A stretch of DNA of 32,000 bases from Clostridium sp. (GTDB lineage: Bacteria; Bacillota; Clostridia; Clostridiales; Clostridiaceae), in NCBI RefSeq assembly GCF_051650885.1, contig NZ_JBOFRG010000212.1, positions 1 to 32,000 on the forward strand, written 5' to 3'. The translations under genes and the position numbers were made by a program. The notes under the pieces are model-generated. The model searched no databases. It was not told the DNA's origin and was given only the letters and a program-made list of their open reading frames with translations. Shown here one piece after another: positions 28,658 to 32,000 of this stretch; positions within the stretch are counted from its first letter, which is position 1; every line of letters begins with the position of its first letter.

Positions 28658-28747
28658 TTAATTACATATTTTCTTTTCTTCCTTCACTACATATAAAAAT
28701 GCGATTGTGCAGAAAGTTAATTCTACTAATAAAGCAATCTCCATCAT
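28658..28747 (-). CDS. Candidate 29-aa small membrane peptide (MMEIALLVELTFCTIAFLYVVKEEKKICN)
   Basis: This ORF is not in the ORF track because it is too short. SD GGGGGA lies 7 nt upstream of the ATG (28747). A TGtTATACT extended -10 is on the minus strand at about 28812-28820. The stop sits directly at the bidirectional terminator. The peptide has a hydrophobic helix followed by a charged tail. Confidence 0.4.
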   Translation of the reverse strand: MMEIALLVELTFCTIAFLYVVKEEKKICN

Positions 28748-28908
28748 TTTTTTATCCCCCTATTGTTTAAAAAGTTAAAATAGATTTTTTTTGAAATCCT
28801 ATTCATATTTTTAGTATAACATAAATTGTATAAAAAGTTTTAAGAAAATTCATTATATTGAAAAAATAGTGGTTATTTTACATAAAATGGTTGAAACTTT
28901 TAGGCGTT

Positions 28909-28930
28909 TGTTATATATTATATATAACAA
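28909..28930. promoter_or_regulatory. Candidate GntR(YtrA) operator upstream of the ABC exporter: TGTTATAT-N5-ATATAACA
   Basis: Same arms and spacing as the site at 21434-21455, with 20 of 22 nt identical. It extends to perfect 11-bp arms (28908-28918/28920-28930) and ends 24 nt upstream of the ABC ATPase start. Confidence 0.5.
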
Positions 28931-28953
28931 ATATATAAATGAGAGGTAAATTT

Positions 28954-29661
28954 ATGCTTGAAATAAGAAATTTTTCAAAGAGTTACTTAAAAGGAAATAA
29001 AGCAGTAGATAATTTAAATTTAAAAATTGAAAAGGGAGAAATTTTTGGGTTTATAGGTCATAATGGAGCAGGAAAGACAACTACTATAAAAGCTATAGTT
29101 GGAATTTTAGAAATAGAAGAAGGTGAAATCTTTGTAAATGGAATATCTGTTAAGGAAAATCCAAATGAATGCAAAAAGATAATTGCTTATGTACCTGATA
29201 ATCCAGATATATATGAAAATTTAACTGGTATACAGTATCTTAACTTTATATCAGATGTATTTAAGGTAGAAAATAGAGAAGAGACTATAAAAAAATATGG
29301 AGATGAGTTTGAACTTACAAATGCTTTAGGGGATTTAATATCTTCATATTCTCATGGAATGAAACAAAAGCTTGTGTTAATATCAGCATTGATTCATAAG
29401 CCAAAGCTTTTAATTTTAGATGAACCATTTGTAGGGCTTGACCCAATAGCATCTCATAAAATAAAAGAAATAATGAAAGAAATATGCAAGGAAGGTTCAT
29501 CAATATTCTTCTCAACTCACGTTTTAGAAGTTGCTGAAAAAATCTGTGATAAAGTTGCAATAATAAAAAAAGGACAACTTGTTGCAAGTGGAGAAGTAAA
29601 GAAGATTATTGGAGACAGTTCACTTGAGAAAATATTTATGGAGCTAGAAGAAGATGAGTAG
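28954..29661 (+). CDS. ABC transporter ATP-binding protein (ABC-2/exporter type)
   Basis: Walker A GHNGAGKTT, signature YSHGMKQK, Walker B LLILDEPF. The start is set at ATG 28954 behind GAGAGGT. The track start at 28939 overlaps the SD. Confidence 0.88.
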   Translation: MLEIRNFSKSYLKGNKAVDNLNLKIEKGEIFGFIGHNGAGKTTTIKAIVGILEIEEGEIFVNGISVKENPNECKKIIAYVPDNPDIYENLTGIQYLNFISDVFKVENREETIKKYGDEFELTNALGDLISSYSHGMKQKLVLISALIHKPKLLILDEPFVGLDPIASHKIKEIMKEICKEGSSIFFSTHVLEVAEKICDKVAIIKKGQLVASGEVKKIIGDSSLEKIFMELEEDE

Positions 29662-31237
29662 ATTTTTTAGTTTAATTAAATATGACTTTTTAAATTCTTA
29701 TAATGTAAATAATTTTATAAAGGGTAAGAATGCTGTATGGAAAATCTTGCTTGGAGCATTTTTAAGTGTTTACTTTATAGTTTTGTCTTGGATATTTAAC
29801 AATGGACTTATGAAAGATGCAGCTAAAATAGGACAAGGAGATGTAGCATTAAGTATGGGATTACTAACTTGTACTTTAGCTATATTAGGTCTTGGAGTAA
29901 TAAAGCTTGCAGGAGCTATATTTGGAGGTAAGGATTTTAGCATGTTAACTGCAATGCCTTTAAATAAGAAAAGCATTATAGTTGCAAAGGTTATAAATAT
30001 TACAATACCAACTTTTTTGATGACAGGAGTATTTATAATCCCAAGTTTAGTTTCATACTATTTAAATGCACCTAATGTAGATAGTCTATTTTTAATAAGA
30101 GGAATAATTTTAATATTTTTTATTCCTTTAGTTCCAACAGCAATAGCAACACTTATTGGGTCATTATTACTTTATGTAAGTAGTAGATTTAGATATAGAA
30201 ACTTTATAACTATTGGAATGTTTTTAGTATTTATTTTATTTATGATGTTTTTCCCTATGCTTGTAGGAGAAGAATTTATAACTAATATAATGCAAACAAG
30301 TTCAAAGATGACAGATGTATATTCAGCTATATATCCTTTAAATAATTTCTATATTCAGTCTTTAATAAATGGAAATATAATGTCAATGCTAATTTTTATG
30401 GGAATATCAGCAGGAGTTTTTGGAGTATTTGTACTAATAGTAGATAAAGTATATTTAAAGATAAATAGTAGACTTTTAGAAACTAATAGAAAAAATAACT
30501 TTAAAATGACAAAGCAAAAAGAAACTGGAGTGATTCATTCTCTAGTAATAAATGAAATTAAAAAGTACTTTTCTATGCCAATGGTTTTAGTGAATCTTGT
30601 AGTTGGAGGAATTCTTTTTATTGCATATGGATTTATGGCAATTTTTATGGGAGAAAAATCTATAGAAATGATTTTTGAAACTGCAATAGATCCAAGCCTT
30701 AAAATTGGAATATTAGTTTTAGTTGGAACATTCTGTGTTTTAACATCTATAACTACAGGAAATACTATTTCTTTAGAAGGAAATAAGTTTTGGCAACTTA
30801 AAACTCTTCCAATAGATGTACTGGATATTTTTAAATCAAAGCTAATTGTTAGCATGATGATAATAGTACCAACAACTTTAATTGGGTCTATATTAGTTGG
30901 AATTGGGCTTAAGCTTAATTTTTTAGAGATAATATGCGCAATTATTATAATTTTATTAGTAGGAACCTTTGGAAGTATGATAGGACTTGTAATAAACTTA
31001 AAATTCTGTAATTTAAATTGGACATCTGAAATTGCAGTAGTTAAAAGAAGTGCATCAACAATGATAATGGTTTTTGGAGGACTTGGAATAGTCTTTTTAG
31101 CAGCCTTCTTATATATGAATATAGAGATGGACATATATGTTTATTTAAGTATAATAACTGGAATCATAGTTATTGGAAATATAATTGCATATAAGCTTTT
31201 AACTACATTTGGAGTTAGAAGATTTAAAGAATTGTAG
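29654..31237 (+). CDS. Large polytopic membrane protein, putative permease partner of the ABC ATPase (ABC_export-like)
   Basis: 527 aa with about 12 TM segments. An 8-nt overlap with the ATPase gene indicates translational coupling. Confidence 0.7.
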   Translation: MSRFFSLIKYDFLNSYNVNNFIKGKNAVWKILLGAFLSVYFIVLSWIFNNGLMKDAAKIGQGDVALSMGLLTCTLAILGLGVIKLAGAIFGGKDFSMLTAMPLNKKSIIVAKVINITIPTFLMTGVFIIPSLVSYYLNAPNVDSLFLIRGIILIFFIPLVPTAIATLIGSLLLYVSSRFRYRNFITIGMFLVFILFMMFFPMLVGEEFITNIMQTSSKMTDVYSAIYPLNNFYIQSLINGNIMSMLIFMGISAGVFGVFVLIVDKVYLKINSRLLETNRKNNFKMTKQKETGVIHSLVINEIKKYFSMPMVLVNLVVGGILFIAYGFMAIFMGEKSIEMIFETAIDPSLKIGILVLVGTFCVLTSITTGNTISLEGNKFWQLKTLPIDVLDIFKSKLIVSMMIIVPTTLIGSILVGIGLKLNFLEIICAIIIILLVGTFGSMIGLVINLKFCNLNWTSEIAVVKRSASTMIMVFGGLGIVFLAAFLYMNIEMDIYVYLSIITGIIVIGNIIAYKLLTTFGVRRFKEL

Positions 31238-31242
31238 AAATT

Positions 31243-31276
31243 AAAGCAGGGATATCTTAAAGGATATGCCTGCTTT
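31243..31276. terminator. Bidirectional terminator
   Basis: AAAGCAGGGATATC (31243-31256)/GATATGCCTGCTTT (31263-31276) with one mismatch, flanked by A and T runs. Confidence 0.75.
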
Positions 31277-31281
31277 TAAGT

Positions 31282-32000
31282 TTAGGGATTAATAATTAAT
31301 TCATCAAATATTGAACGCTGGATTAAGTCTGTTAAATCTAATGATGTTATATCAAAATCAGTGGCATGGAATAAAACCAAATTAAAATAATTAGTTTTTA
31401 TAATTTTACATATAGAAGGTGAAGTAGATTCAGCTCTTTCAAGAAAAAAGCTATTTTTAGAAAATAACAAAGTCTTTAATTCAGTATACTTAGTAGTAAT
31501 TGGTGAAAGCTCTACACAAAGTGGCTCAGAATCTAAAGTATCAGTAGAAGTTTCTATTGATAAAAAGCCTTCTGAGGGTAATGTTAAAGTATACTCGTCA
31601 TTAAATTTAAAAGAGTTTAAAAAGAGCATATCAGAGCTATTACCTAAATATAATGAAAATTTATCTAAAGACGAAGATTTGATTTTTAAATTTATAAGCC
31701 CTTTTTTATGAAAATACAAAGGTATTATATTTTTACTAGTTATAATAGCGTTAAAATTTGAAGCTGAGTTCTTAATAAAAGAATCCTTTGAAAGACTTTT
31801 ATTAAGAACAGATATATTAATACGTTGTTCTTTAGAACTAAAGGTTTTTGAAGTTTTCTTTATTTTTTCATAATCTGCATAAGATAGTGGCTTTATATCT
31901 GAATGGTCAAAGGTGAAGAAAAGAAAAGCTTCATCACTATGTTCTAGTATATTATTATTAACATCCTTATTTAAGGTAAAGGATTTTAAAGTGAATTTTA
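31282..32000 (-). CDS. Hypothetical protein, C-terminal part (5' end beyond the window)
   Basis: The track ORF starts at TTG 31719 with no SD. I checked the same frame by hand from 31720 to 32000 and found no stop, so the gene most likely continues past the window edge. No recognisable motif. Confidence 0.5.
   Translation of the reverse strand, partial: KFTLKSFTLNKDVNNNILEHSDEAFLFFTFDHSDIKPLSYADYEKIKKTSKTFSSKEQRINISVLNKSLSKDSFIKNSASNFNAIITSKNIIPLYFHKKGLINLKIKSSSLDKFSLYLGNSSDMLFLNSFKFNDEYTLTLPSEGFLSIETSTDTLDSEPLCVELSPITTKYTELKTLLFSKNSFFLERAESTSPSICKIIKTNYFNLVLFHATDFDITSLDLTDLIQRSIFDELIINP

Noticed and set aside
30535-31134. 199-aa minus-strand ORF
   Set aside because: It is antisense to the ABC permease gene, Ile/Lys-rich, and has no SD or independent signals.

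Overview
This is a very AT-rich, Clostridium-like (low-GC Firmicute) chromosomal segment. It has GGAGG-type Shine-Dalgarno sites, a T-box leader and many intrinsic terminators. I saw no transposase, integrase, CRISPR array, tRNA or rRNA.

Gene content, left to right:
- A Fe-siderophore-type ABC importer (binding protein cut by the window edge, two FecCD permeases, an ATPase), translationally coupled to an MFS transporter.
- An HD-domain hydrolase.
- A Met-specific T-box leader driving a divergent MetRS-like gene.
- A class II Fic protein, divergent from an XRE-HTH/TPR regulator.
- A marR-MATE efflux pair with two identical palindromic operators.
- A metallophosphoesterase and a YczE-like membrane protein.
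- About 0.9 kb of ORF-free, A-rich spacer.
- A complete F1Fo ATP synthase operon (atpB, two c-subunit genes, atpF, H, A, G, D, C).
- A YtrA-type GntR regulator with a DUF1648 membrane protein, and a YdjM-like hydrolase.
- A cluster of envelope genes: lipoprotein, SIMPL-like protein, zinc-ribbon membrane protein, DedA and an unknown membrane protein.
- An ABC ATPase plus a large ABC-export permease.
- An unknown gene cut by the right edge.

The most unusual feature is the atp operon:
- It carries two tandem c-subunit genes, and the first has no ion-binding carboxylate at all.
- Its gamma subunit has an acidic insertion.
- It has no atpI.

Other leads are an operator-like palindrome shared by the GntR promoter and the ABC exporter 7.5 kb away, a 29-aa membrane peptide gene with its own SD, and a recurrent intergenic 11-mer.

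All functional calls rest on motif recognition by eye. No database search was possible.
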